In this document: positions 19,527 through 29,130 of the stretch, in pieces
Layout: each line of letters opens with the position of its first letter
Position numbering within the stretch: position 1 is the stretch's first letter
Source: Trueperaceae bacterium
GTDB lineage: Bacteria > Deinococcota > Deinococci > Deinococcales > Trueperaceae
Assembly: GCA_965215565.1 (NCBI GenBank)
Contig: CBDCDZ010000004.1
Span: 4,288,001 to 4,352,000 of the forward strand
Direction of reading: 5' to 3'
DNA: 64,000 nt
Notes under the pieces: model-generated
Databases searched by the model: none
Seen by the model: the letters and a program-made list of their open reading frames with translations, nothing else
Told to the model about the DNA's origin: nothing
Position numbers and translations under genes: made by a program

Positions 19527-19546
19527 CAAGGGGTTTCAACCCCTTG
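19527..19546. repeat. REP-like palindrome CAAGGGG-N6-CCCCTTG
   Basis: Second related copy at 20453-20474. Confidence 0.5.
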
Positions 19547-19705
19547 TTCATTACATGGAGATGGTAGAAAGAGCACATGGTGGCATTTGACTTAGAACCA
19601 CCATCTCTCACATTTGACACCTCTTCCTTCGTCCCCCTACTTCTCCATGCCTTACAGTCACCGCCGCACCTCAGCACGTAGGCTAGGACCAAAGGGGTGA
19701 AACGA

Positions 19706-20368
19706 ATGGCGACACCAAATGAAGGTACGCACGTCAAATTCAGTCAACTCGTCCGGGACGATACGCTCTTAAAACCACGCTTGGAAACCGAGACGTTGCA
19801 GCAGGATATAGAGACGATCCAAGCCGCGTACAGGGACAGGATTACAAGCATTTACGAGAGCGTTTCGGAGGCGATTGGCGAGGCACGGGACCCGCTCGAG
19901 CAGGGCACCCTCACCGGTCTCAACGGGGAGATGAGCGACGACACCTTTAGCCTCGACGCGCTTGTCGCCGAGTTGTCCGGTGAAGAGGTTCAAGACGCGA
20001 GTAGTCAAGAGTATCAAGATATTTTGGTGCGCACTGTAGATGAGGACGACATCCCCGACATTCACTTTCTCGCCTTTATGGACTCGAAGACCTTTTACGG
20101 TAAGTCGGGGAGCGTCGGCGAAGAGGAGAACAACCGGAGCTACTTGGAGATGCGCACCGAGATGCGCCGCGTCAAGGAGCAGCTAGCGCGGGCGCGGGAA
20201 AACGGCGATGAGGTTGAAGAGGCGGAGCTTGAGCGCGTTTTCGAGTCGCTGCAAGCGGGGTTGCGCTCAGGCGAGCCCTCCGCATCGGGACCCAAGACGG
20301 GCAAGAAGAACGCCGACATGATTCAAGACCCACCCGCTGAAAGCTATGCGGAGCGCAAGTCGGGCTGA
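19706..20368 (+). CDS. hypothetical acidic coiled-coil protein
   Basis: Long ORF with typical codon usage, AAGGGG RBS; no family recognised. Confidence 0.65.
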   Translation: MATPNEGTHVKFSQLVRDDTLLKPRLETETLQQDIETIQAAYRDRITSIYESVSEAIGEARDPLEQGTLTGLNGEMSDDTFSLDALVAELSGEEVQDASSQEYQDILVRTVDEDDIPDIHFLAFMDSKTFYGKSGSVGEEENNRSYLEMRTEMRRVKEQLARARENGDEVEEAELERVFESLQAGLRSGEPSASGPKTGKKNADMIQDPPAESYAERKSG

Positions 20369-20452
20369 GCGCTAAAGGCGTTGGAGACGGCATCTTTAGC
20401 TGAATTCGTGTCAAGAATGAACTGTTGGCTCGAGGCTACTCAGTACATTCCG

Positions 20453-20474
20453 ACAAGGGGTAGCTACCCCTTGT
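20453..20474. repeat. REP-like palindrome ACAAGGGGTA-GC-TACCCCTTGT
   Basis: Perfect palindrome related to 19527-19546. Confidence 0.5.
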
Positions 20475-20517
20475 TTCAACTTGTAGAGCACCACACTCCA
20501 GAGCGAAAGAGGTCAGC

Positions 20518-20850
20518 ATGGCGAAAGCGGCGTACAGTATCGTCTTATGGCTCAACGTGCCGGGTCCGCAGGCGAAGCAAGAGGAAGAGGTCGAGTACTT
20601 GAGCGAACGTGGTGAGAAGCCGGGCGCGCAGTCGCACGTGTTCAATGCGCCCGCCGCCACGCGGCTCGTGTACGGCTCGTACGAGACGCACGAGGAGGCG
20701 CGCTCAGCGTTGACGGAACTAGAGTCTTTGCTCGCACGGGACCAAGCGGTCCACGTCGGCGACGAAAAGGACGAACGCGGAGCGCTCTACCTCATTCCGG
20801 CCAAGAGCATCTATTACGCGGTTTTAGCGGCGACACAGCACGCAGACTAA
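20518..20850 (+). CDS. hypothetical protein
   Basis: GAGG RBS, typical codon usage. Confidence 0.6.
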   Translation: MAKAAYSIVLWLNVPGPQAKQEEEVEYLSERGEKPGAQSHVFNAPAATRLVYGSYETHEEARSALTELESLLARDQAVHVGDEKDERGALYLIPAKSIYYAVLAATQHAD

Positions 20851-20886
20851 GCTGCTGGGGTCGTCGCGTTTCGGCCCATATACCTC

Positions 20887-21135
20887 TTAGCTTTGGCTTA
20901 GGTCGTCGTTTATGAAGTCCCACGGAATTTCTCTCTTAAACACCGCGATCGACTTCTCCACTAGCTCGAGGGGTAAATCACGTTTGTAAAGCGTGACTTC
21001 ACGGGCTTTCTTTGTGTCGTCGCGAAAAATTTCTAAAACCAGTTCTTCGCCGAGATATATCTCAACACCGATGCCATCTCGGTGGAGAACATCGCTGGCG
21101 ATTACGACGCTGATTTCTTTAGCATTGCTTGCCAT
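20887..21135 (-). CDS. small hypothetical protein (lower GC)
   Basis: 82-aa ORF with leaderless-type TACTAC/ACTACT box; IASD..RDGIGVEIY..EIFRDD. Confidence 0.55.
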   Translation of the reverse strand: MASNAKEISVVIASDVLHRDGIGVEIYLGEELVLEIFRDDTKKAREVTLYKRDLPLELVEKSIAVFKREIPWDFINDDLSQS

Positions 21136-21170
21136 ATTGACTCGTAGTAGTGCAAACTCGTTACCTTTTA

Positions 21171-22223
21171 CTACAAAATCTCCTCCGCCACCTCTACCCG
21201 TAAAAGCGCCCGCACATTCTCGATCTGGTTCGCGATCATCGCTACCTCCGAGCCCGCGAAGAGGAGCCCCACCGCGACGTTGTCTAGCGTCGTTACGAGC
21301 GAGCCCGAATCGCCGCCCGCCGACATGTTTGTGGTGATGATCTGGTCTACGAACCGCGCCACTGCGCCCCCGCCGTAATTCACGTCTACCATGGCGTCAA
21401 TCACTGTGATACGCCCGGTGGTATAGCGCGTGGTGCGCCCTGTCTTCTGCACGACTGTTCCTACCGTCACGTCCTCCTTGCGCCGCCAACCGCGCACGTG
21501 ACCCGTCCAATAAACCTCGCGGTTCAAGAGGTCGAAAGGACCTTCGGCGATGGCGGCGTCCACGAGGTTATTATGCTCTTCTAGCGGAACGGGTGGGCTC
21601 AAGCGAATCGGGATGAAGCGCGTCAGGTTGGCGATGCGGTCCGCCGGATCGGTGCCGCCGTCCGCCGTGCCGGGTTGCAGGATAGGGTCGCCGATTGAGG
21701 CGGCGTTGCTGTTCGCAATCACGTGGTTGTTGCTGAGGAGGTAGTAGCGGTTGGGGACGCCCACACCCGGCTGCGGCGGCGTGACAGTCCCGCCGGGCAA
21801 GATGTCGTAGACGCAGGTGCCGAGCGTCCCAGCCGACACGTCGGGGTGGCTGACGCTGTAGCCGCCCTTGGCGGGACGCACGCGCATCGTAAGCTCTTGG
21901 GTGATAGGTGCGGGGAAGACCCCCCTAGCGAAAGGGTACGCGAAGGGGAAGCCGATGGCGAGCACGTCGGTCTGCATTCCCGAGAGTTCAGCCGGGATGA
22001 GGTCGGTTTTGTTCAGCACACTTTTCTCTAACTTCTGCGTGACGAGAACCACGAGCGCAGGGTCACCTGTAGGTTCCCCGCCGCGCCACTTCACGCCGAC
22101 GCCCATCCCGACGACGTTGGCGGTCCTACCGTTTATGAAGTCAGGGCGCGCCTCCTGCCCCGCTCTTCTAACCTCGCGGAGCGCTTTGGCGGACAGGGTG
22201 AGTTTTTTGGCGTCGATGCTCAT
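21171..22223 (-). CDS. Nal1-like trypsin-fold serine protease
   Basis: AGTLGT, LSNNHV (His), VDAAI (Asp), GGDSGS (Ser); no signal peptide. Confidence 0.8.
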   Translation of the reverse strand: MSIDAKKLTLSAKALREVRRAGQEARPDFINGRTANVVGMGVGVKWRGGEPTGDPALVVLVTQKLEKSVLNKTDLIPAELSGMQTDVLAIGFPFAYPFARGVFPAPITQELTMRVRPAKGGYSVSHPDVSAGTLGTCVYDILPGGTVTPPQPGVGVPNRYYLLSNNHVIANSNAASIGDPILQPGTADGGTDPADRIANLTRFIPIRLSPPVPLEEHNNLVDAAIAEGPFDLLNREVYWTGHVRGWRRKEDVTVGTVVQKTGRTTRYTTGRITVIDAMVDVNYGGGAVARFVDQIITTNMSAGGDSGSLVTTLDNVAVGLLFAGSEVAMIANQIENVRALLRVEVAEEIL

Positions 22224-22456
22224 GACGCCTCTGCGCTGTGGGCGCTCACAACGCCCATCTCTTCGACGTCGCAGGGGACGCCCTCCACCTCGCGCGGCAC
22301 CCGTTCCGACGCCGAAAGCGTCTCTAAAGGCAGCTTGCGCACCACGAAGACCTTGATGACCTGTGATCCAGCTCGTTCACCGACGCCAACGCCCGTCACG
22401 TTGGGCAGCGCCATCAGCTCGGCGGCGTGTCTCTTGCTGACCTCTTTTACGTCCAT
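22220..22456 (-). CDS. stand-alone homolog of the protease N-terminal domain
   Basis: LPNVTGVGVG..KVFVVRKLP..VPREVEGVPCDV matches the protease segment NVVGMGVG..VVLVTQKLE..IPAELSGMQTDV; GAGGAG RBS. Confidence 0.75.
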   Translation of the reverse strand: MDVKEVSKRHAAELMALPNVTGVGVGERAGSQVIKVFVVRKLPLETLSASERVPREVEGVPCDVEEMGVVSAHSAEAS

Positions 22457-22711
22457 GTGGGTCTCCTCATAGCTGGATGCGAGATGACGAGTGGGCACGG
22501 CGGCACAGTCAATGGTGTGGCAACTGGTGTCGCAACTGCCGTGATGCGGGGGTAACGACGACGTTGCGCGGAACGGTCTTGATAGTCTACTTCTTTCTAC
22601 AAACGGATGTGAAATTCAAATCGATGTGAAATTTAGGGCGAGAGGTTTACGCGCGGCTCGCAAGGCTGCGCGCGCTACGTGATAGACTGGGAGGGTTAGA
22701 GGAGTAGTATT

Positions 22712-24766
22712 ATGAACCCGCTGTTATCTCGAGACTTTCGCATCCCTTTTGACAAAATCAAACCCGAACATATCGAACCCGGCATCCAAGAGGCGTTGGC
22801 GCAGGCGCAGAAGGACCTGGACAAGCTGACCGCTCTTCCCGGCGTGCGCACCTATGAGAATACGGTTCAGGCGCTCGACATTCTAGAGGAGCGCCTAGAC
22901 CGCGCGGTGGGTCTCGCGTATCACCTCACTTCGGTGGTGAGCAGTCCCGAGCTGCGCACTGCGTACAACGCCGTCCTGCCTGAGTTTTCCGCCTTCTACG
23001 CCAAGTTGCCGCTCAATGACGCGCTGTGGCGTGCTCTCAAGGAGTACAGCGAAACGTCCGAAGCGGCAGCCTTGACGGGTATTCGCAAGCGCCACCTGGA
23101 CAAGCTCGTGCAGAGCTTCGTGCGCGCGGGCGCGGATTTGCCTACGGACGAAAAGTCCAGGGCGGAAGCCATCAAGATCGAACTCTCACAGCTCCACACC
23201 AAGTTCGCTGAGAACGTTCTAGACGCCACGAACGTCTTTGAACTTATCGTTACAGACGAAGCCGAGCTGTCGGGCTTGCCCGATTCCGCCCTGCGGCAAG
23301 CTAAAGCGAGCGCCGAGGCGAAAGGTGCAAGCGGCTACCGCTTCACGTTGCAAGCGCCCTCGCTCGTGCCCTTTTTGCAGTACGCCGACAACCGCGAATT
23401 GCGCCAGAAACTCCAGAGCGCCTATGTGAGCCGCGCGTCCGGGGGGGAGATAGACAACAGGCCGCTGCTCGAGCGCATCTTGGCGTTGCGCCGCGAGCTG
23501 GCGCAGCTCATGGGCTACAAGGACTTCGCGGACTACCGCCTGGAAGTCAACATGGTAAAAACGGGCGACGCTGCGGTGCGTTTCGAGCGCGAGCTGTTCG
23601 AAAAAACCGAACCTTTCTGGCGCGAAGAGGTGACTGAACTCACCGAGTTCGCCCGTACGCTGGGTATTGACAATCTGCAACCCTGGGACACCTCCTACGT
23701 CGCTGAGAAGCTCCGCCAGTCGAAGTATGACTTAGACGCTGAGGCGCTTCGCCCTTACTTTCCGGTGGACCGCGTACTCCAGGGGCTCTTCGAGATCGCT
23801 GAGCGCATCTTCGGCGTCACGGTTACGGAGCGCGACATCGAAGAGGTTTGGCATTCCGAGGTCAAGTTCTACGACATTCACGGCGAGAACGGCGTACACT
23901 TGGGCTCCTTTTACGCCGACTGGTTCCCGCGCGAGTCGAAAAACGGCGGCGCGTGGATGAACTCGTTCATTACAGGCGGCCCGCGACGCGCAGATAACGA
24001 AGAGGGGGACGAGGAATTCGAGCCGCATCTGGGGCTTATGGTCGGCAACTTCTCGCCGCCGCAAGCGGGCAAACCTGCGCTCCTGACCCACCGCGAGGTC
24101 GAGACGACGTTTCACGAGTTCGGGCACCTCTTGCACCACTGCTTGTCTCGCGTCGAGATTCCCGCCCGCGCAGGTACCAACGTCTCCCGCGACTGGGTTG
24201 AACTCCCCTCGCAGATGATGGAAAACTGGACTTGGGAGAGGGGCGCTTTAGACCTCTTCGCCAGACATTACGAAACCGGCGAGCCCTTACCCGACGAACT
24301 GTTCCAGAAGATGCAAGCCGCCAGAACGTTCATGGCAGCGAACGCGCAGATGCGCCAGCTCTCGTTCGGCACGGTGGATTTGTCGCTCCACATCGACTAC
24401 GAGCCTGGCACGGGTAGTGACGCGGTCTCGTTCGGCCAGAAGGTGATGGAACCTTTCAGCATCAAACCCGAGTTCGCGCACAACTCCTTCTTGACGGGTT
24501 TCACGCACGTTTTCACAGGCAGTTACGCGGCAGGGTACTACTCCTACAAGTGGTCAGAAGTCCTGGACGCGGACGCCTTTAGCCGCTTTCAAAACGAGGG
24601 CATCTTCAGCCGCGAGACGGGGCGCGACTATGTGAACGCCATCCTCGCGCGCGGCGACAGCGCCGACGCCGCCGAGCTGTTCCGCGAGTTCATGGGACGC
24701 GGCCCTGACGTGGGCGCGCTCCTGCGGCGGAATTTGGGGCGGGAGAAAGTAGCCGCTACGGACTAA
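22712..24766 (+). CDS. prlC: oligopeptidase A (M3 metallopeptidase)
   Basis: FHEFGHLLH, DWVELPSQMMENW, YAAGYYSYKWSEVLDADAF. Confidence 0.92.
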   Translation: MNPLLSRDFRIPFDKIKPEHIEPGIQEALAQAQKDLDKLTALPGVRTYENTVQALDILEERLDRAVGLAYHLTSVVSSPELRTAYNAVLPEFSAFYAKLPLNDALWRALKEYSETSEAAALTGIRKRHLDKLVQSFVRAGADLPTDEKSRAEAIKIELSQLHTKFAENVLDATNVFELIVTDEAELSGLPDSALRQAKASAEAKGASGYRFTLQAPSLVPFLQYADNRELRQKLQSAYVSRASGGEIDNRPLLERILALRRELAQLMGYKDFADYRLEVNMVKTGDAAVRFERELFEKTEPFWREEVTELTEFARTLGIDNLQPWDTSYVAEKLRQSKYDLDAEALRPYFPVDRVLQGLFEIAERIFGVTVTERDIEEVWHSEVKFYDIHGENGVHLGSFYADWFPRESKNGGAWMNSFITGGPRRADNEEGDEEFEPHLGLMVGNFSPPQAGKPALLTHREVETTFHEFGHLLHHCLSRVEIPARAGTNVSRDWVELPSQMMENWTWERGALDLFARHYETGEPLPDELFQKMQAARTFMAANAQMRQLSFGTVDLSLHIDYEPGTGSDAVSFGQKVMEPFSIKPEFAHNSFLTGFTHVFTGSYAAGYYSYKWSEVLDADAFSRFQNEGIFSRETGRDYVNAILARGDSADAAELFREFMGRGPDVGALLRRNLGREKVAATD

Positions 24767-24771
24767 GTCCA

Positions 24772-24798
24772 GTAGGGGGATTCATGAATCCCCCCTAC
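24772..24798. repeat. GTAG-type REP-like palindrome
   Basis: GTAGGGGGATTCATGAATCCCCCCTAC just after the prlC stop. Confidence 0.55.
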
Positions 24799-24878
24799 GC
24801 CGCGCAAACGAAGTTTGTGATGGAGCGAGTGGCGCAGCGGTTGTTTTGAAGCCCCTATATCAGCGCCAACTAAACGTA

Positions 24879-24991
24879 TACAGCAATTCACATAAACACT
24901 GAGCTTGAATCACACAAGTATCATTCTCAAATGTGCGTGCTAGAGCGTGTTTTCTCTTCTCAGATTGGCTCAAACTAAATGATACTTGCTA
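24879..24991. repeat. ~110-bp dispersed element, copy B (diverged)
   Basis: TACAGCAATT..CAAGTATCATT..GTGCGTGCTAG..AATGATACTTGCTA; flanked by TAAACGTA direct repeats. Confidence 0.7.
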
Positions 24992-25019
24992 TAAACGTAT
25001 AGTTCTGGGGGCGTTTTGT

Positions 25020-26102
25020 TTAGTCGAGCGCCTCTAAACAGTGAACCTCGTACTCGTTCTCGCAGGGCGGTCCGTCACTCACGTGCATCGTCAGACCGTT
25101 CAGTTCCATCACGACAGAGGTCACGGTTTCGTACCTCTCGAACTCAGGGTCCGAGGTGTCGGGGTGGCGGCAGATGGAGTTGGGGTGCCCCTGGTGGTCG
25201 CGGAGCCGCGCTTTGACCTCTTCGGCGCTGAAGGCGGGATGATAGCGAAAGAGCGCGCTGAGGCGCGCTTGACGCTCGTAAGACTGCGGGCGGTGCTCGT
25301 CTTCGGGAGGTTCGACGACGCCCGCTGCTTCTGGCTCGAGGAAGTGGTTCGCGTGAACGAGGACGCCTCCCTCCGGTGCTGGCTCGTAAAGAACGTCCGG
25401 GGCGGCTTCGATATCGATCAGCTTGTCCGGCGCTTGCGCGATCACGAAATTCGCCGAGCACGCCCGCTTTTCGCCCGTCACAATTGAGAGCGCCTCCTCA
25501 AAGGTCCGCTGCCGCAAGATGTCGTAGCAGCGCACGTGAAAAGGCGTGCGAAAGCTCTGCCAGTCGTCCGCCGTGCTCGTCAAGCCGTTGATAGCGAGCC
25601 CGAGCCGGGCGCTGTTCATGCCTATTTTGCCCCCGACGATGCCTGCCTCGGTGAAGCTCAAGGTCTTCATACCGTCTTCGTGCGCCGCGCGGAGCAGCGC
25701 GCCTTTGACCTGCGGAATCCAGTCCCAGTTTTGCCCGATGAAAAGCTCACGCGCCCCGGTGCGCTCCGGCGCTAGCGCAAACGAGGTGCAGCCGTCCGCT
25801 ACGCCGAACTCGTAATAGAGAAGTTCGTAGCGGATGTTGAGCGCGGTGATGGTAGTCAGGTCCGTGCTCGAGCCCTCCGCCACACCTCGCATGGCGGCGT
25901 AGTAGTCGGGGCTTCTCTCTCGGATAGCGTCCTCGTAAGCACTCGAACGCGCCAAGACCTCCGCTTTTGACAGCCCCACCTCTTCCTCGAAGCGCCTGAA
26001 GTAGACGCCGATATTATGCTGAATCTCGTTTCTAAGCGCCTCGCCGTGCGCGAGCCCTTGCTCGAGCGGCGAGCCGCGCAGTGTGATCATCCGTAGGCTC
26101 AA
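25020..26102 (-). CDS. C45 family autoproteolytic acyltransferase/peptidase
   Basis: DGCTS cleavage site, GQNWDW, GMNSARL, HANH. Confidence 0.88.
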   Translation of the reverse strand: MSLRMITLRGSPLEQGLAHGEALRNEIQHNIGVYFRRFEEEVGLSKAEVLARSSAYEDAIRERSPDYYAAMRGVAEGSSTDLTTITALNIRYELLYYEFGVADGCTSFALAPERTGARELFIGQNWDWIPQVKGALLRAAHEDGMKTLSFTEAGIVGGKIGMNSARLGLAINGLTSTADDWQSFRTPFHVRCYDILRQRTFEEALSIVTGEKRACSANFVIAQAPDKLIDIEAAPDVLYEPAPEGGVLVHANHFLEPEAAGVVEPPEDEHRPQSYERQARLSALFRYHPAFSAEEVKARLRDHQGHPNSICRHPDTSDPEFERYETVTSVVMELNGLTMHVSDGPPCENEYEVHCLEALD

Positions 26103-26147
26103 GGTGCCACCTCCGGCGTCCAGTATGACGCATATCCTTTCGTCCCC

Positions 26148-26960
26148 TCAAGCCGAAGCGGACAGCGGCTGTCCGCGCGTATTCCCTTCGCTGAACCACC
26201 TGACGAACACCGCCGCGAGCGCGATGAGCATCGTCGTGATGTAAATCGTGCCCATGATGACCCCCGCAAGCTGCTGGTCTTGCAGCACGCCCAAGTTGAA
26301 GACGCGCGGCACCTCTTGGTACCAAGGATAGATCACGCCTGGATAGAACGAGAAGACGCTCGAGAACGGGTTGTGCGCCGTGATGAGCACGAGCAGGTAG
26401 ATCATCTGGGTTTTGTACGTAGGGTTCGGCAGTTCACCCGGCAGCGGGTTCATGAGCGGCCACCACATCAGCACGGCGGAGCCGAAAATCGCAAAATAGG
26501 TGTAGTAGTGGAGCAGATCAGTGGAGAACATGAGCGGCTTGAGCACGAACGGCAAGTGAATAACCAAAAACGCCAAATTAAAGTGCACGACGTTGACAAC
26601 GGGGCGCGTCAAAAATCGCAAAATTGGTTTGATAACCGGGTGCAGCGCAAGGGGCGCGATCAGCCAGCCCGGAACGCCGAGCAAAAAGAGCGGGGCGACA
26701 AGAAAAATAACAACCATCATCGTTGCCATGTGCGCGCTCAAGAGGTAGAACTCACCCAGGGTGTGCAGCGGCGAGACGAAGACGAGCGTAAGGATCGTCA
26801 TGGAGAGGTAGAAGAGCGCGGCCTTGGTTGCAGGGTAGGCGCGTCCAGGGAAGAAACGCGAACGCAGCGGTCCGGTCCCTAACGTGTAGAAGAGCAGCGC
26901 GGCGAAGGTCAGCGCGACGGGGATGGGTTCGAAGCGCCACAGATCGGCAAGTTCAGGCAT
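26148..26960 (-). CDS. ctaG: caa3-type cytochrome c oxidase assembly factor CtaG family
   Basis: SPLH..YLLSAHM, APLFLLG, WWP, DQQLAGVIM. Confidence 0.8.
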   Translation of the reverse strand: MPELADLWRFEPIPVALTFAALLFYTLGTGPLRSRFFPGRAYPATKAALFYLSMTILTLVFVSPLHTLGEFYLLSAHMATMMVVIFLVAPLFLLGVPGWLIAPLALHPVIKPILRFLTRPVVNVVHFNLAFLVIHLPFVLKPLMFSTDLLHYYTYFAIFGSAVLMWWPLMNPLPGELPNPTYKTQMIYLLVLITAHNPFSSVFSFYPGVIYPWYQEVPRVFNLGVLQDQQLAGVIMGTIYITTMLIALAAVFVRWFSEGNTRGQPLSASA

Positions 26961-27077
26961 GACTTCATTGTACGGCGTGCGGCGGGGAAGGGCTGTAGGG
27001 GAAGCCGCTTAGGGTCTCGCGCCGTTTCGTTCACTGTGGAGTGTGAGGGAAGAGAAGAGGAGGAGTTGAAAGCAATG

Positions 27078-27124
27078 AGTAACGAGCAATGAGTTAAAGG
27101 CTTGCCCACTCATTGCTCGTTACT
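27078..27124. repeat. 17-bp perfect inverted repeat built of heptamer units; possible terminator
   Basis: AGTAACGAGCAATGAGT / ACTCATTGCTCGTTACT with flanking AATGAGT/AACGAGC-like heptamers. Confidence 0.6.
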
Positions 27125-27175
27125 TTTCACTCGTTGCTCCTATCCGCTAGAGCTAACGCCCTGCCAATACGCACG

Positions 27176-28237
27176 TTAAAACCGTAAGTTAATGCCCGCC
27201 ACTAGCCCCGCGTCGATGCTGCTGACGGGTGCGAAGCCGTAGCTCGTAATGAGCTGGGCGAACAAGCCGACGCGCGGCGTCACGAAGTATTCGACGCCGA
27301 AAGGAGCTTCGACTAAGAGCGCGTCGCCAGTTGGACGCAGCGTGTAGCCGACGCCGAAACCGCCGTAGAGATCGAAGTCGTCGGTGAGGGCGTCTAGACG
27401 CACGAGCGCGTCTAAGCTCAGGCGCAGTTCGTCGTCGCCGCCGTTAAAGGTGAGGCGGCTCGCGACGCCGACGGGTCCTAAGAGGTTGTCGTAGCCCGCT
27501 TGGACGCTCAAGTAGAGATCGCCCGCCGTCGAGATGACGCCAGGGGCGACGCCGATGTAGAAGGGGTAGATAGGTTGCTGAGCGAGTTGCACGCCGCCGC
27601 TGCCGCCTTGGGTAACGGGACCGCCGCGCGAGCCGGCCTGCGCCCTGCGCCGCGCTTCGCTCCAGGCGGAGCGCTCGCCCTGTGAGCCGTCCTCTAGCGC
27701 GGCTGGAAACTCGTCCGTGCCGCGCTCCGCGTTGAGGGCCCGCTCGAGAGCGACTAAGCGCCCCTCGAGCCTGCGCACGTAGCTCAGGGACGCTGCGTCA
27801 TTGAGCGCCGCTTCTAAGCTCTCCGTGCGCTCCAAGAGGCTGGTGCGTCCTAGCGAGACCTCGTCGCGGCGCATCCGCTCCTCGAAACGTGCGCCCGGCA
27901 CCGCGCCCAAAACCTGATCGGTGTAGTCGATGAGCCGCGCCGCTACCAGGGCGAGTTCGTAGCGCGACGCGCTCTGTTCGCCCTGGTAGTCGCCCCCCGG
28001 ATAGCCGGTCAAGACGCCCAGGCGGGCGAGCGCGTCGACCGCCGGGTAAGCCCAGTGCGTGCTCTGCACGTCGCTGAATTCTGCCGGAGCGGGACCCAAC
28101 GCGCCTGTAGGGAGCGGTGCTTGCGCGTTCGCTGTCAGGAGCACGCTCAAGAACGCTGCGAAGAGCACCGTGAAGGCTACGCCTAGGCGCTCAGGGGTGC
28201 GCTCGCGCCTGTTCGGATTGCGTTTGCCTATTTGCAT
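27176..28237 (-). CDS. S-layer homology (SLH) domain protein with C-terminal beta-barrel
   Basis: FSDVQSTHWAYPAV..GVLTGYPGG..SRYELA, coiled coil, C-terminal ..GINLRF. Confidence 0.82.
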   Translation of the reverse strand: MQIGKRNPNRRERTPERLGVAFTVLFAAFLSVLLTANAQAPLPTGALGPAPAEFSDVQSTHWAYPAVDALARLGVLTGYPGGDYQGEQSASRYELALVAARLIDYTDQVLGAVPGARFEERMRRDEVSLGRTSLLERTESLEAALNDAASLSYVRRLEGRLVALERALNAERGTDEFPAALEDGSQGERSAWSEARRRAQAGSRGGPVTQGGSGGVQLAQQPIYPFYIGVAPGVISTAGDLYLSVQAGYDNLLGPVGVASRLTFNGGDDELRLSLDALVRLDALTDDFDLYGGFGVGYTLRPTGDALLVEAPFGVEYFVTPRVGLFAQLITSYGFAPVSSIDAGLVAGINLRF

Positions 28238-28402
28238 GGTGACCTCCGCGTCAAAGTACGCCAGTTTAACAGGGTGATCATATGTCGCGTGGTGAGGCGT
28301 TAGTGAGGAATACTTCACGAAACGCTTTGTGGTGGAGTGAGGCTCGAGCTAAAAAAGGAGGCTCTTATCCGAGCCTCCCAAAGTTATGCTGTACAACCCG
28401 TT

Positions 28403-28804
28403 CTAAGCTGCAACGACTGGACTTACGCTCTCACTCGGCAAGGGCTGACGCGCCTTGACCTCTTGGTTGAGGCGGTGATAGTGCGTCACGGCGTCCTTAC
28501 CCTGCTCCCAGCACAAGTAGATGACTTCCGCACCTAAGCGGCTAGGAAAGTCCACAAGCCCGGTCTCGACATCTTGCAGGTGAACGCCCATGCCGTCGAG
28601 TTCCAGCTTCTCCTGCTGCACCACGCCAAGCAAAAACTTGATCTCTTCGGCGGTCTGCTGCGCCTCTAAGCTCAGACCGTTCATCGGCTGTAGCGCCTCG
28701 CGGAGCGCCAAAATGTCCTTGATGGCCCCCTGCATCTCGCTCAATTTCTGGTCGACGACGGGGATGAGGTTGTTCGCTTCCTGAACTGTAAAAAGTTTAT
28801 ACAT
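28403..28804 (-). CDS. DUF2203 family protein
   Basis: FTVQEAN..P, GLVDFP, YLCWEQG..HYH. Confidence 0.85.
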   Translation of the reverse strand: MYKLFTVQEANNLIPVVDQKLSEMQGAIKDILALREALQPMNGLSLEAQQTAEEIKFLLGVVQQEKLELDGMGVHLQDVETGLVDFPSRLGAEVIYLCWEQGKDAVTHYHRLNQEVKARQPLPSESVSPVVAA

Positions 28805-29130
28805 CGTCTACCGCCCTTTCGGTGACAGGTGTCATCTTGTCACTAACGCGCTCGGTCAAAGAGGTATGCCGTAAGTTTGCACGCTGCGAGATGACCCCTG
28901 TGGCAATCCTGGTTAAAACGTCTTCAGAACCGCCTCATTGACATTATTATAGGGCGCTAAATACCGAAAGTGTGTCATCAATTATACAAAATCTTAGTGA
29001 AGTATTATCAAGTTTGAAGGAAGTATTAAGGCTAAATGTGAGGGGGTAGTGCGGCTCAGTCTGACGGCGAATGGACGAAAAGTCTGTAGCCCTTTTCTCA
29101 GGGCACCTGTGCGGTGTTACACTCCTCTTT

